This document shows positions 41,913-53,000 of a stretch of DNA of 64,000 nucleotides, one piece after another (within the stretch, counting starts at the first letter, position 1; each line of letters starts with the position of its first letter). The DNA is from Rebecca billardiae RCC1528 (lineage: Eukaryota > Protista > Haptophyta), in NCBI GenBank assembly GCA_965240325.2, contig OZ251225.1:806001-870000 (forward strand), given 5' to 3'. The position numbers were made by a program, and so were the translations under genes. The notes under the pieces were generated by a model that was given only the letters and a program-made list of their open reading frames with translations, was not told where the DNA came from and made no database searches.

Positions 41913-42845
41913 CTATCCGCTGGTAAAGTCGTTGACAGCCGCGCTGTTGGGCACTGGCTCGCCTCGGGCGTACACGCCGACGAGCACCAGCAGCGTCGCG
42001 AGCTGCGCCTCGTCCGCGTACTGCGCGCGCCCCGTGCCGCGCGAGGCCCCGCCACCCGCCCGCGCGCCCCCGCCGCCCCCGCCAGCGCTCAGCAGGCTCC
42101 GCCCGCCGTCCGGCCGAAGGGCGTACGCCGAGCCGAGCCGGCTGCGCGCCAGGCGCGGCGCGTCGCGGGCGAGCGGGACGACGAATGCGTCCGCGCCGAA
42201 CGCTGGCCCCGCCGACGGGTCATCGAGCGCGGCGAGTCCGGCGCCCGACACCTTGGGCAGCACAAGCGGCCGCCAGAGCAGACCTGCGCCCACTGCGACA
42301 CCGGCGCGCACGAGCACGAGCGCAGAGGCCGCGGCGAGTGCGCCGAGGGCTGCCTCAGGCACGCCGCCACCTGCTGCGCTCAGACCACCGAGCCCGGGCG
42401 CGAGCTCAGCCAGCCGCACCCCCACCTCGGGCGCGGCCGCGCCTGCGCGTGCGCCGGCGGCGCCAAGCGCGCCGAGCACGCCAGCCGTCTGCGCGGCCAG
42501 CCCGCCCGGCCATGTGAAGAGGAAGGCGTCAAGGGACGGGCGGGCCCCGCCGAGGCTTGCCCAACCCTTTGGGTTGTACCCACCTACCAGCGCCCCACTC
42601 GTTGTACGCGCCAGCACGACGGCAGGGCCCCGCCCGTCGACAGCGCGGTGGAATGCCGCCGCCGACCAGCCGTCGCGGTTCGCCGAGTACGCGACGCGCA
42701 AGCGGCGGCCGTCGAGGAGGGTGCCACGCAGAGCGCCGCGTACGAGTGCGGCATCTGGGCTGGCGAGAGCTTCGGCGGGTGGAGGGCGCACCTGCGGCCG
42801 CGGGAGCGCGCCGGCGAGCGCAACGAGCGCGACGTGCACCAGCAT
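41913..42845 (-). CDS. TLDc-domain protein with N-terminal signal peptide (~310 aa)
   Basis: YSANRDGWSAAAFHRAVDGRGPAVVL, GGYNPKGW, AFLFTW and GPAFGAD are TLDc motifs. Leader MLVHVALVALAGA. Confidence 0.75.
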   Translation of the reverse strand: MLVHVALVALAGALPRPQVRPPPAEALASPDAALVRGALRGTLLDGRRLRVAYSANRDGWSAAAFHRAVDGRGPAVVLARTTSGALVGGYNPKGWASLGGARPSLDAFLFTWPGGLAAQTAGVLGALGAAGARAGAAAPEVGVRLAELAPGLGGLSAAGGGVPEAALGALAAASALVLVRAGVAVGAGLLWRPLVLPKVSGAGLAALDDPSAGPAFGADAFVVPLARDAPRLARSRLGSAYALRPDGGRSLLSAGGGGGGARAGGGASRGTGRAQYADEAQLATLLVLVGVYARGEPVPNSAAVNDFTSG

Positions 42846-43302
42846 GCGCAGGCCGCGATGGCGGCACACCATGGGAATCATCGGATCCCGGATGCGCTTG
42901 GATAATCCGCTCATAATTCAGTTTAGCGCGGCTCGGCCAATGGCAGAGCGGCCGGACTTGCCTCATCAATCAAGCCCGGGCGGGCACGCAGAAGGAAGGC
43001 TGGCGAAGCTGAAGCTACCGTGCCGTCCCGTCCGTAGTCGTTGCGGAAACAGCTGTTCCCGGACCGGCGAGCGCCAAAGCCAGTTTCAGAAGTTGGCTCA
43101 GCTTTCAAACAGTCTGAAGATGCAGCCGGCGGATGCACGCTTCGTCATCAAGGCCAGCTGGCCTGCTGTTGCAAGTGCACCAGCCGGAGTGAGCATCTCG
43201 GCTCTTTCGGCCACGCAGCTCGCGCAGTGAGTGAGACGCAGCAGGTCGGACCCTTCGTCGGCCCTGCGCACGAACTCGCCAGCCGTAGTCCCGAAGTGAG
43301 GC

Positions 43303-46077
43303 ATGCAGCGCACACTCCCCGTGCTCGTGCTCGCGCTCGCGTTCGCGCTCTTCGCCGCACCAGCGGAGGCCAAGAAGAGCTCGCCCACGCCCACGCCCGC
43401 GCCGACGCCTGAGCCGACGCCGGAGCCGACGCCCACGCCGGCGCCGGACACGTCGTCGACTGCGGCTACGACGCCGGAGCCCGAGCCCGAGCCGGAGTCG
43501 ACGGCGGCCGGCAATGGCGCCACCGCCGTGTGGATCATCGCCGTCTCTGGCGTCATCGGCCTCCTCTTCGCCGTCTTCCAGCTGAAGCTCATCTCGAAGA
43601 TTGATGTCGAGCCGGGGAAGCGCGGCGAGGGCTACACGCAGATGGAGGAGGGCTCGGACACCAACGCGAAGCTCAAGCTGTATGAGGTGTACATCGCCAT
43701 CCAGGACGGCGCCAAGGCCTTCCTCTTCGCTGAGTACGTCCTCATGGGCATCTTTGTCGTCGTGTTTGGCGCGCTCGTCCTCGTGCTCACCTCGTTCACG
43801 CCGGACGGCTTCGACATGCTGCGCGGCGGGTGCACGGCCATCTCGTTCGTGCTCGGCGCGCTGACGTCGATCGTCTCGGGCTACGTCGGCATGATGGTCG
43901 CCGTCTACTCGAACGCGCGCACCACCATCGCCGCCGAGGGCGTCGACGAGGCGGGCTGGTCGGCTTCGTTCAACTGTGCGTTCCGCGCGGGCGGCGTGAT
44001 GGGCTTCTCGCTCACGTCGATCGCGATGCTGATGCTCGGCGTGCTCATCATGCTGATCGCCGCCATTGTCCCCGGCACGCTCGCCACCGACGGCGTCGAG
44101 TTCGCCAAGGTGCTCTTCGAGTGCGTCGCGGGCTACGGTCTGGGCGGCTCGTGCATTGCCATGTTCGGCCGTGTCGGCGGCGGCATCTACACCAAGGCGG
44201 CGGACGTCGGCGCGGATCTCGCGGGCAAGGTCGTGTCGGGCATCCCGGAGGACGACCCGCGCAACCCGGCCACCATCGCGGACAACGTCGGCGACAACGT
44301 CGGCGACGTCGCCGGCATGGGCTCGGATCTCTTTGGCTCGTACGCCGAGTCTTCGTGCGCGGCGCTCGTCGTCGCCGCCGGCTCGGCGCAGATCGTCGGC
44401 GCGGGCTGGGGCGCGATCCTCTTCCCGCTGACCGTGTCGGCTGTCGGCATCGTGATCTGCGCGCTCTCCTCGTTCCTCGCCACCGACATCTCGCCGGTCA
44501 AGAAGGAGAAGGACGTCGAGACCGTCCTCAAGATCCAGCTCGGCGTGACGGCCATCCTGATGTGCGGCGTCACCTACCCGCTCGCGCAGTTCCTGCTGCC
44601 CGAGACGTTCGACATCGGCGCGGTGATCGGCGCGACGCCGATCAGGGCGTGGTTCTGCATCGTCTCCGGCCTCATCGGCGGCTGCATCGTCGGCTTCGTC
44701 ACCGAGTACTACACCTCGCACACGTACACGCCGGTGCGTGAGGTTGCGCAGTCGTGCGAGACGGGCGCGGCGACCAACATCATCTACGGCCTGGCGCTCG
44801 GCTACAAGTCGGCGATCATCCCGATCACGGTGATCGCGCTGGTGACCTTCATCTCGTTCTCGAACTGCGGCATGTACGGCGTCGCCCTCGGCGCGCTCGG
44901 CTTCCTCGGCACGCTCGCCACCTGCCTCGCCATCGACGTGTACGGCCCGGTGTGCGACAATGCGGGCGGCATTGCCGAGATGTCCGAGCTGCCGTCGGCG
45001 GTGCGCGACAAGACGGACGCGCTCGACGCGGCGGGTAACACGACGGCGGCGATCGGCAAGGGCTTCGCCATCGGCTCCGCGGCGCTCGTGTCGCTCGCGC
45101 TCTTCGGCGGCTTCGTCACGCGGATCGGCATGCAGGTGCGCACACTCGCGCGCGTGAGCCCCCGGCGAGGCCCTCCCCTCGCGCGGCGGCGCAGGCAGCC
45201 GGATCCGCGCGCGCCCGCAAGCGCGTGTGCGCGTGCCGTGTGCTCACGCGCTCCTCGCGCACACGGCCTCCGCCCCTCCGTGCGCGCGCCCCCGCTCGGC
45301 GCAGGCGCAGGGCATCAACGTGCTCACGCCGGTCACCTTCGCCATGCTCTTCATGGGCGCGATGGTGCCGTACTGGTTCACGGCGCTCACGATGAAGTCT
45401 GTCGGCACGGCGGCGATGGCGATGGTGAAGGAGGTCGCCCGGCAGTTCCAGGAGATCCCGGGGCTGCTGGAGGGCACGCCGGGCCACGGCCCGCCGGACC
45501 ACGCCAAGTGCATCAAGATCTCCACGGATGCGTCGCTCAAGGTGCGCGCGCGCGCCCACCTCCTGCGCGCGCGCGCAGCGCACGCTGCCGAGCGCACGCT
45601 GCCGAGCGCACCGCTCTGCGTCCGGATGCTCACGCGCCCCACGCCCGGCGCGCCTCGCCGCGCCGTGGCCCCTCGCAGGAGATGGTGCCGCCCGGCCTCC
45701 TCGTCATCCTCTCGCCGATCGTCACGGGCACGCTGTTCGGCGTGAGCGCCGTCTCCGGCCTGCTTGTCGGCGCGCTCATCTCGGGCGTGCAGCTCGCCAT
45801 CTCGCAGTCCAACACGGGCGGCGCGTGGGACAACGCCAAGAAGTACGTCGAGAAGGGCATGGTCTCGATTATGGTGAACGGCCAGCCGGTCGCGCAGCGC
45901 AAGGGCTCCGACCTGCATAAGGCGGCGGTGTGCGGCGACACGGTGGGCGATCCGCTCAAGGACACGTCGGGCCCGGCGATCAACATCGTGATGAAGCTGA
46001 TGGCCATCATCTCGCTCGTCTTTGCCGACTACTTCATGTCCATCAACGGTGGCCACGGCCTGCTCAACATCCAGTAA
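43303..46077 (+). CDS. VHP1: Vacuolar-type H+-translocating pyrophosphatase, K+-dependent type I (~820 aa)
   Basis: [69 protein letters not shown] and [14 protein letters not shown]. Exons 43303-45135, 45311(or 45305)-45541 and 45679-46077. Confidence 0.96.
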   Translation: MQRTLPVLVLALAFALFAAPAEAKKSSPTPTPAPTPEPTPEPTPTPAPDTSSTAATTPEPEPEPESTAAGNGATAVWIIAVSGVIGLLFAVFQLKLISKIDVEPGKRGEGYTQMEEGSDTNAKLKLYEVYIAIQDGAKAFLFAEYVLMGIFVVVFGALVLVLTSFTPDGFDMLRGGCTAISFVLGALTSIVSGYVGMMVAVYSNARTTIAAEGVDEAGWSASFNCAFRAGGVMGFSLTSIAMLMLGVLIMLIAAIVPGTLATDGVEFAKVLFECVAGYGLGGSCIAMFGRVGGGIYTKAADVGADLAGKVVSGIPEDDPRNPATIADNVGDNVGDVAGMGSDLFGSYAESSCAALVVAAGSAQIVGAGWGAILFPLTVSAVGIVICALSSFLATDISPVKKEKDVETVLKIQLGVTAILMCGVTYPLAQFLLPETFDIGAVIGATPIRAWFCIVSGLIGGCIVGFVTEYYTSHTYTPVREVAQSCETGAATNIIYGLALGYKSAIIPITVIALVTFISFSNCGMYGVALGALGFLGTLATCLAIDVYGPVCDNAGGIAEMSELPSAVRDKTDALDAAGNTTAAIGKGFAIGSAALVSLALFGGFVTRIGMQVRTLARVSPRRGPPLARRRRQPDPRAPASACARAVCSRAPRAHGLRPSVRAPPLGAGAGHQRAHAGHLRHALHGRDGAVLVHGAHDEVCRHGGDGDGEGGRPAVPGDPGAAGGHAGPRPAGPRQVHQDLHGCVAQGARARPPPARARSARCRAHAAERTALRPDAHAPHARRASPRRGPSQEMVPPGLLVILSPIVTGTLFGVSAVSGLLVGALISGVQLAISQSNTGGAWDNAKKYVEKGMVSIMVNGQPVAQRKGSDLHKAAVCGDTVGDPLKDTSGPAINIVMKLMAIISLVFADYFMSINGGHGLLNIQ

Positions 46078-46639
46078 GCAGGCGGGGTCGCCGTGGGGAC
46101 TCCGTACCCCACGCGTGGCGCTGCTGCCGCGCGCTGGGTGTCTGTTGATCCGATTCCTGCCGCGGGCACGATCGAGCCGTGGAAGCCCTGCTCTCGCCGC
46201 TCTGCCGCGCACGCGCGCGCTTCCATGACTGCCTCTTCACGCCGTCCGCTGCATCCAACCACGCACCTTCCTGTCTGCGACTGCTGACCACGCGAGGCAT
46301 GCACCACGTGCCTGTTGGGCGCATCGCGCGGTCATCCTGGCCGGGCGCGGCTCGCGACTGATCGACCAGGGGACGACAGCGGCCGAAGCCGCTGCTGACT
46401 TATTGTCTCGTCATCCATCCTGCTTCAGCGCCTTCAGCCAAACTACCGGCGTTCATCTGATTATGCCGTCTATGCCTTTATTATAATTCTTTCTTCGGCT
46501 ACTTCGGCGCTCCGACGCGGCTGCACGCGAGACAACCTGCTTAGACTAAACGGAGTAAACCCTAGGGCCGGCGGAAACCCGCCCGCGACGGCAAATGTTA
46601 ATGGGCGATACGCGCCGACACTCCCACTGCCTGTTTTTT

Positions 46640-46668
46640 TTCCCCTTTATAACGGGCTCCGGGTGATC
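46640..46668. repeat. 29-bp exact direct repeat, copy A
   Basis: TTCCCCTTTATAACGGGCTCCGGGTGATC, identical at 63246-63274. Confidence 0.9.
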
Positions 46669-46789
46669 TGTGTGTGGTGAGTTGACGGGACCGGCCATCA
46701 TATCGTCATCATGTCGATCAGATATCATCAGTCCACCAGCGCGCATGTTTCGATGGCAGAGTAGCTATTTTAGTATTTATAGATATAGT

Positions 46790-46940
46790 TCTCTCTCTCT
46801 CTCAGACTCTCTATCTACTCTCTAGTCTCTCTGCGGCTCTCTCTCTCAGAGTAGTCAGCATAAGAGTAAGACTCAGACTCTAGTCTCTCTCTCTCTCGGA
46901 GTCTCTCTCTCTCAATCATTCTGTCTCTCAGCTCTCTCTA
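46790..46940. repeat. Degenerate (CT)n low-complexity tract
   Basis: Interrupted CTCTCT runs interspersed with CAGA/TAGT. Confidence 0.75.
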
Positions 46941-47031
46941 TAATCAGCAGCAATTCGCGTGCTGCTGATGATGCTGCTGCTGCTGATATGATACGCGATG
47001 CATGCTGAGACAGCTGATGCATGATGCTGCA

Positions 47032-50000
47032 TCACGATGCAGCGGCGGCGGCGGGGTTGATCAGCCCCATGAAGCGGTCACGCACGGCCTTGGCGAGCAG
47101 CCGCACCGGCCGCTTGACCGGCTCGACGACGAACTCGAGCAGCCAGTCGCGGATGTCCTCGGGCAGGCAGCTGAGCAGCCTCTCGACGATCAGCACGATG
47201 AGCGGCACGCCGGGCTCCACCACGACCAGCTTGAGCGCCCACTCCTCGAGCCACGCCACGAGGATGGACGGCTCGGTGCCGGCAAAGGCCGCCCACACCG
47301 CCGGGTCGCGGATGCGGTTGCGCGTCGTCGAGTCGTTCGGGTCGGCGTTCGGGTCGTAGCCGGCGATCGAGTAGAGGACGATCTGAGTCGCCATCGCCGC
47401 GGCGAGCAGCAGGTGCCCCGTCCAGACGAGCCGGCGCTTCCACCGCTTGGGCCGGTTGGCCCACCACGTGCCGTCGCGCAGCTCGTCGTCCGTCAGCTTG
47501 GCGCGCGCGTAGATGAGCGACGCGCTCGCGCCGCCTACGCCCTCCGCCGCGCGCTCGTACGCCTCGAGGAGCGTGCGCGTCGCGGCGTCGGGCGCGGCGA
47601 CCACGTCGACGGGCGAGATCTGCCGCTCGTCCGCGAACGGGCTCCCCTTGTACACCACGTCCGCCATCTTGATCATCACCGCCTGCGCCGCCGAGCGCCG
47701 GCCGCGCAGAGGCGCGCCGTAGATGGCGTCCATCTCCTCGGCGCCGATGGGCGGCAGACCATACACGAGCTCGGCCTGCACGAAGCGGAGGTCGGGCACC
47801 TCGGCGGCCGCGGCGGCCGCCGCCTCGGGGTCGGCCTCGGCGTCTAGGCCCGAGCTCGCCGCCGCCGGCGCCGCAGCCGCCGCGTCGAGCGCCGCGGTGC
47901 CGGCGACGAAGAAGCCGACCAGCTCGCCCCCCTCTGTCATGATGGAGAGCAGGGCCTGCTGGGGCACCGCCACCGAGCGCTCGGGCTCGTCCGCGCCCGA
48001 CTCGCCCACCGTGTCCGCGCCAAAGCCGCGGCGGATGCCGCGGCCGAGCGGCGTTCTGGGCGAGAGCGGCGAGAGCGGCCCCCGGCTCCGGTCGCCGCCC
48101 GCCGTCGAGCGCGAGCCCGCGCGCGTGCCCACGCGCCGCCGTCCGATCGCCTGCACCGTCATTGGCCGCACGTACCGCAGGCGCATGCGCTGCGCCGAGT
48201 CGCCGATCACGATGCGACCGTCGGTGCGCGAGCGAATCGACGCGCGCTGCGAGGACGCGCTGCTGCGCTGCAGCGTGATGGCCGGCACGCTCGCCGCGAC
48301 CAGCTTGCGCACCGCTGGCACCCGCGGGATCGGCGAGCGCGAGCCGAGGACGGAGACGCCGACGCTGCGGCCCACGGCACCGGCCTCGGGCGCAGCCGGC
48401 GGCGGCGGCGGCGGCGGCGCGCGGCTGGACTGCTGTGGGGGCGTGCGAGGCGGCGTGGGCCCGCGGCTGGACTGCTGTGGCGGTGTGCTCGCCGCCGACG
48501 CGCCCTCGCCCGAGACGGAGCGCCGCATCCACTGCGGCGTGCCGGGGATCGACGCTGGCAACGACGGCGCGCGCGAGGCCGGTCGCGACGGCGACTGCGA
48601 CGGCGGCTGAGACGCGCGCTGCGACGGCGGCTGCGTGCCTGGCGGCGACGTGTGCTGGGACCCCGGCTGCTGCGTGGCTGGCTGTGACCCCGGCTGCTGC
48701 AACGACGCCAGGCTCGACGAGGGCTGCGCGCCAGCCTCCGACGGCGCTCTCGACGGCGGCTGCGACGCGTGCGCCGAGGAGGTGCCTGTCTGTGCGCCGG
48801 CCTGCTGCTGACGCGCCGCGCTCGACTCTGCGCGCGGAGCTGGCGCCGCCGCGGGCGGCACGCCCAGTTGGGCGCCGACGGCCGCCACCGCCCCGTCGAA
48901 CGCGCGCGACACGCCCTCAGACCACGCCCCCCACGTGCTGGACGGCGCTCGCGCGGGCTCGGGCGGCGGCGGCGCGGGCGGCGGCGGCGCGGGTGGCGGC
49001 GGCGGCGGCGGCTGCGTCGACGGTGGCGGCGGGCGCGACGCCGCCGCGGCCGCGCCGCTCGGCAGCGCGCCGGACGCCTGCGAGTCGTCCGCCGCGATGT
49101 ACGCGGCGGCGCGCGAGTTTGAGCGCGGCGTGAGCGCCGCTCTCTTCTGCTCCTCGCCCGTCATGTCGTCCGGCCGGCTCTCGAGCAGCCCGCGCCGCCT
49201 GTTCGCCCAGGTGAAGCTGAGCTCCAGCAGCTTCTCATACGGGTACGACAGGAGGAGTGCGATCAGGGCGACCAGCAGGGTCGCGACCGCCGCCGCGTTG
49301 TCCTGGCCGTAGAAGGCGGCGATGCCGAGGACCTCCATCAGCGCGACGTTGAGCAGCACGAGCACGCGCTGCTTCGCCGTCCACCGCTCCCCCGGCAGCC
49401 GCGCCACCCACGACGTGAGCGTCGAGCGCAGGATCATCGCCGCGATGAACTTGGAGCACGGCCCCCGCCCTTCTCTCCGCTTCCAGCGCGGCACCTCCGG
49501 GTTGGTCTCGACGCGCCGGTCGATCACAAAGGCGATGGCCTGGAAGAGGCAGAAGACGCCGAGGATGATGGAGACGATCACCACGCCCCACCAGTTCTCG
49601 AACACCACGTTCGTCAGGTCCACGCGGTTGACCGTCACCGTGCCGCTCTCGTCGTCGTCGCCGTCGTCGCCGCCGCCGCCGCCGCCGCCGTCGTCGCCGC
49701 TCGCCAGCTCGGCGATCGCGCCGGCGATCGCCGCAAAGTCGGTGAGGTGATCGCACTCGCACACGAGGAGCGCGTCTGTCGACTCGTCCGCGTTGGTCAC
49801 GCAGCCGGCTGTCGAGTACAGCGCCTGCGACTCGTTCCAGAAGTGGCACAGCGTGAGGTCGTCCGCGGCGGGCACCGCCCCGTCGAGCGCGCCGCCCGCG
49901 GGCAGCAGCGGCACCTCAATGCGGACGGCCTCCGGCAGTTGGCGCACGTCCAGCGGGGTGAGCGCGCCCGCGAGGAAGAGCTGCACGACAAAGAGGGTCG

Positions 50001-53000
50001 AGCGGATCGCCGTGAGCGCGTCGAGCGCGTCCGCGTCCGACGGCTGCCCGCTCACCGCCGGGTGCGTGTTGAACTCGAGCGAGATCATCTGCAGATCGAC
50101 GCCGGGCGCGACGGCGGCCGCGCCCTGCGCGTCAAAGAGGGCGTCGGGGAGAACCACGCCGCCCACGCCGCCGGGCCCGGCGAGGGGCTGGCCGGCGATC
50201 TGCGCGGGGTACTCGCGCGTGGAGGAGACGTTCACCTTCGCACCCAGCGCCTCGCGCGCCGCCTCGCCCGGCAGCACGCCCACGAGCAGCGTCGAGGCGA
50301 GCCCCTCCGCTGCGAGCTGCACGCGCACGTCCAGCACGCCCTCAGACTCGGCGTCCGCGCGCTCGGCCGAGCCCGAGCCGCCCGCCGCGGCGTCGGCGAT
50401 GTCGGCGGTGCCGGAGACGAGGACGGCGTCGAGCGCGCCGAGCGTGTTCGCCGCCGTCGACTCGTCCAGTCCCTCGCCGCGCGCGCCCTCCAGGATGGCG
50501 GACACCTGCTCGAGCCCCTGCACGCGCGCGCTCGCGTCGATGGCCTCGGGCAGCGCGAGCGCGGACGCGAGCGCGCCCGACAGCTGCACGCGCGCGGCCT
50601 CCGAGTCATCGGTGACGGCGGCGGCCGAGCTGATCAGGCCGAGCAGGTCGTTGACGAGCCCCTGCGCCGCGCTCGAGTTGCCCGCCGCGACCGTGGGCAG
50701 CGTCGCGCTCGCCACCGCCGTCAGCCTCTGCAAGGCGCTCTGGCTGTCGCTCGTAGCCACGTCCCGCTCCGCGTCGTCCAGGAGCGCGCGGATCAGGCCG
50801 AGGTCGGCCGCGTCGTCGGCGGGGAGCTCGGAGACGGAGACGGGGGCTCGGACGCTCGCCGTGCCGTCGAACTGGTCGAGCACCGTCACGTCCGCCTCGA
50901 GCTCGCCCGGCGGCAGGAAGCTCGTCGTCGTCTCGTCGAGCGAGAGCGAGCTGACCGCCTGCACGGTCGAGCCCGACGCCGAGCCGGCCGCGGCGCGCAC
51001 GTACCCAAACGCGTACCGGAGGGGCAGGTCGTCGCGGTCGTCCTGGAAGCCCGCCGCCGTGAGGACGAACTGCGTGAGCGCGGCGGTGCCGTTGGGCGGC
51101 GAGACGTCGAGCTCGCCGCCGTACGGCGGCCTGTTCATCGCCACCTCCACCGCCGCCGCCGCGGGCAGCGCGCCGCCCGTCACCTGCAGCGAGAGAAGGT
51201 AGGTGGCGCCCGCGGTGAGCACGCCCGAGCGGAACACAAACGATCGGCGCGTGTCCGCGGTGGTGGTGACGGTGCGCGCGTCGCTGATGTCGAGGCTCGA
51301 GGGCACCAGCTCGCCGCCCACCTTCTCCGACACCGCCCACTGGAACGCGAAGCTCACGTTCAGCTCGCGCTCGAGCGCCGCCGACGCCTCGTCCAGGCTG
51401 GCGGTGAGCGCGATCGACTCAGCGGGCGTCTCCCAGCGCGGGTTGAACTTGGGGCGCGGCAGCGGCGAGAGGGAGACGACGGGGACGAGGTCGTTGACCA
51501 CGTCGACGACGACGGAGGTGCTGGCGCTCAGCCCCGCCGTTGAGACGCCGAGGCTGAACGTGAACTCGCCCGTCGAGCCGAGCACGCCCACGGGCACGCG
51601 CAGCGTCGGCCCGTCGGTCGGGATTGCGCTCAGATCGACGGCCGCGCCGCTCGCCGTGCGCGCGCCGCTCCATGCGTACGCGAGGCCGGCTGCCGAGCCG
51701 ACGTTGGGGTCGGTGGAGGCGGAGCCGTCGAGCTCGAAGGCGCCGCCCGACGCGTTGAGCGACACCGTGCGGTCGCCGCCGCTCACCTCCGCCACGAGCG
51801 GCTGCTCCTCCACCACGAGCCGCACGCTCGCGTTGGCGGCCGCGCCCGGCTCATCCGCCATCGCCGCGCTCACGCGCAGCTCGTATGCGTACCCTGCGCG
51901 GAGCGAGTGCGCGTCGAGCTCGAGGGAGGCCTTGGCGGCGGCGGCGGCGGAGAACGGCGCGCCCACCGCCGCGCCGGACGAGCCGTCCGCCGGCGCCGCG
52001 CCGAGCAGCGCCCACGAGAAGACGACCGTCGAGGGGCGGCTGGGCGGCCAGCACGCGGCGAGCTTGGCGCTCGCGCGCAGGGTGGTGCGCACGTCTGGTC
52101 GGACGACGCGCGAGAAGGGGCCGTCGACGGCGGTGGTGGGGGCCAGCCCGCCCGAGCGCTGCACGCTGAAGCTCGCGAGCGCGGACTCGAGCCCGAGGAA
52201 CGAGCTCGTCTGCAGCAGGAACGCGTACTCCGCGCCGGCGGGGAGCGGGTCGATGCTGACGGTCTGCGTGTCGCTCGGCAGTGCGCCGAGCAGCGCGTTC
52301 AGCTCGGCGGAGGCGTCGCTCTGCGGCGCGGCGCGCCAGCGGTAGCTGAGCGCGCGCACGCCGCCGCCGCTCGAGCCGAGGCTGCGCAGCGTGAGCGCCT
52401 CGTCCGCGCACGCGCTCACCACCGACGGCCCGCTGATCGCCGCGCTCGGCAGCGGGCAGCCGCCGATGCACAGCGGGTCCTCGGGCTCTGAGTCGTCCTG
52501 TGGGATGGAGACCGCGCCCGACGCGCAGAACACGTCCGGGCACGGGGCCGAGCTGGCGGCGGGCTTGAGCGCGTCGGCGCGGAGCGCGACGGTCGAGCCC
52601 GCGGTGATCGCCGTGCGCAGGTTCAGCTCGGCCACCAGCGTGCTGTCGTCCTGCCAGTAGCACTGCGGCGCGCTCGCAAACGTGCCGCGCAGCGTCGCGA
52701 CGGTCGCGTCGTCGAGCACGCGCGCGCACGCCGCGAGCCCCGACATGCCCGCGCGGTCGGTGGGCTGCTCGTCGAACTGGATGACGAGCGCGGTCGCCTC
52801 GGCGTTGAAGCGCGCCGAGAGCAGCGTCGGCGCGTGCAGGCCCTCGAGGTACTCGAAGCTCGTCGCGTTCGCCGGCACGCCGGACGAGGCGGGCGCGTAC
52901 TGCCGCCCGTTCAGGCTGACGCGCACCGCCGCGCTCGAGCCAGCGCTGCCGGTTGGCGAGGCGACGCGGATCTGTGTGGCGGTGACGGAGGCGGGGACGA

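Noticed and set aside
43303-46077. 924-aa single-exon H+-PPase
   Set aside because: The two introns happen to sum to a multiple of 3. The true middle exon (45311-45541) is in another frame and restores conserved helices.
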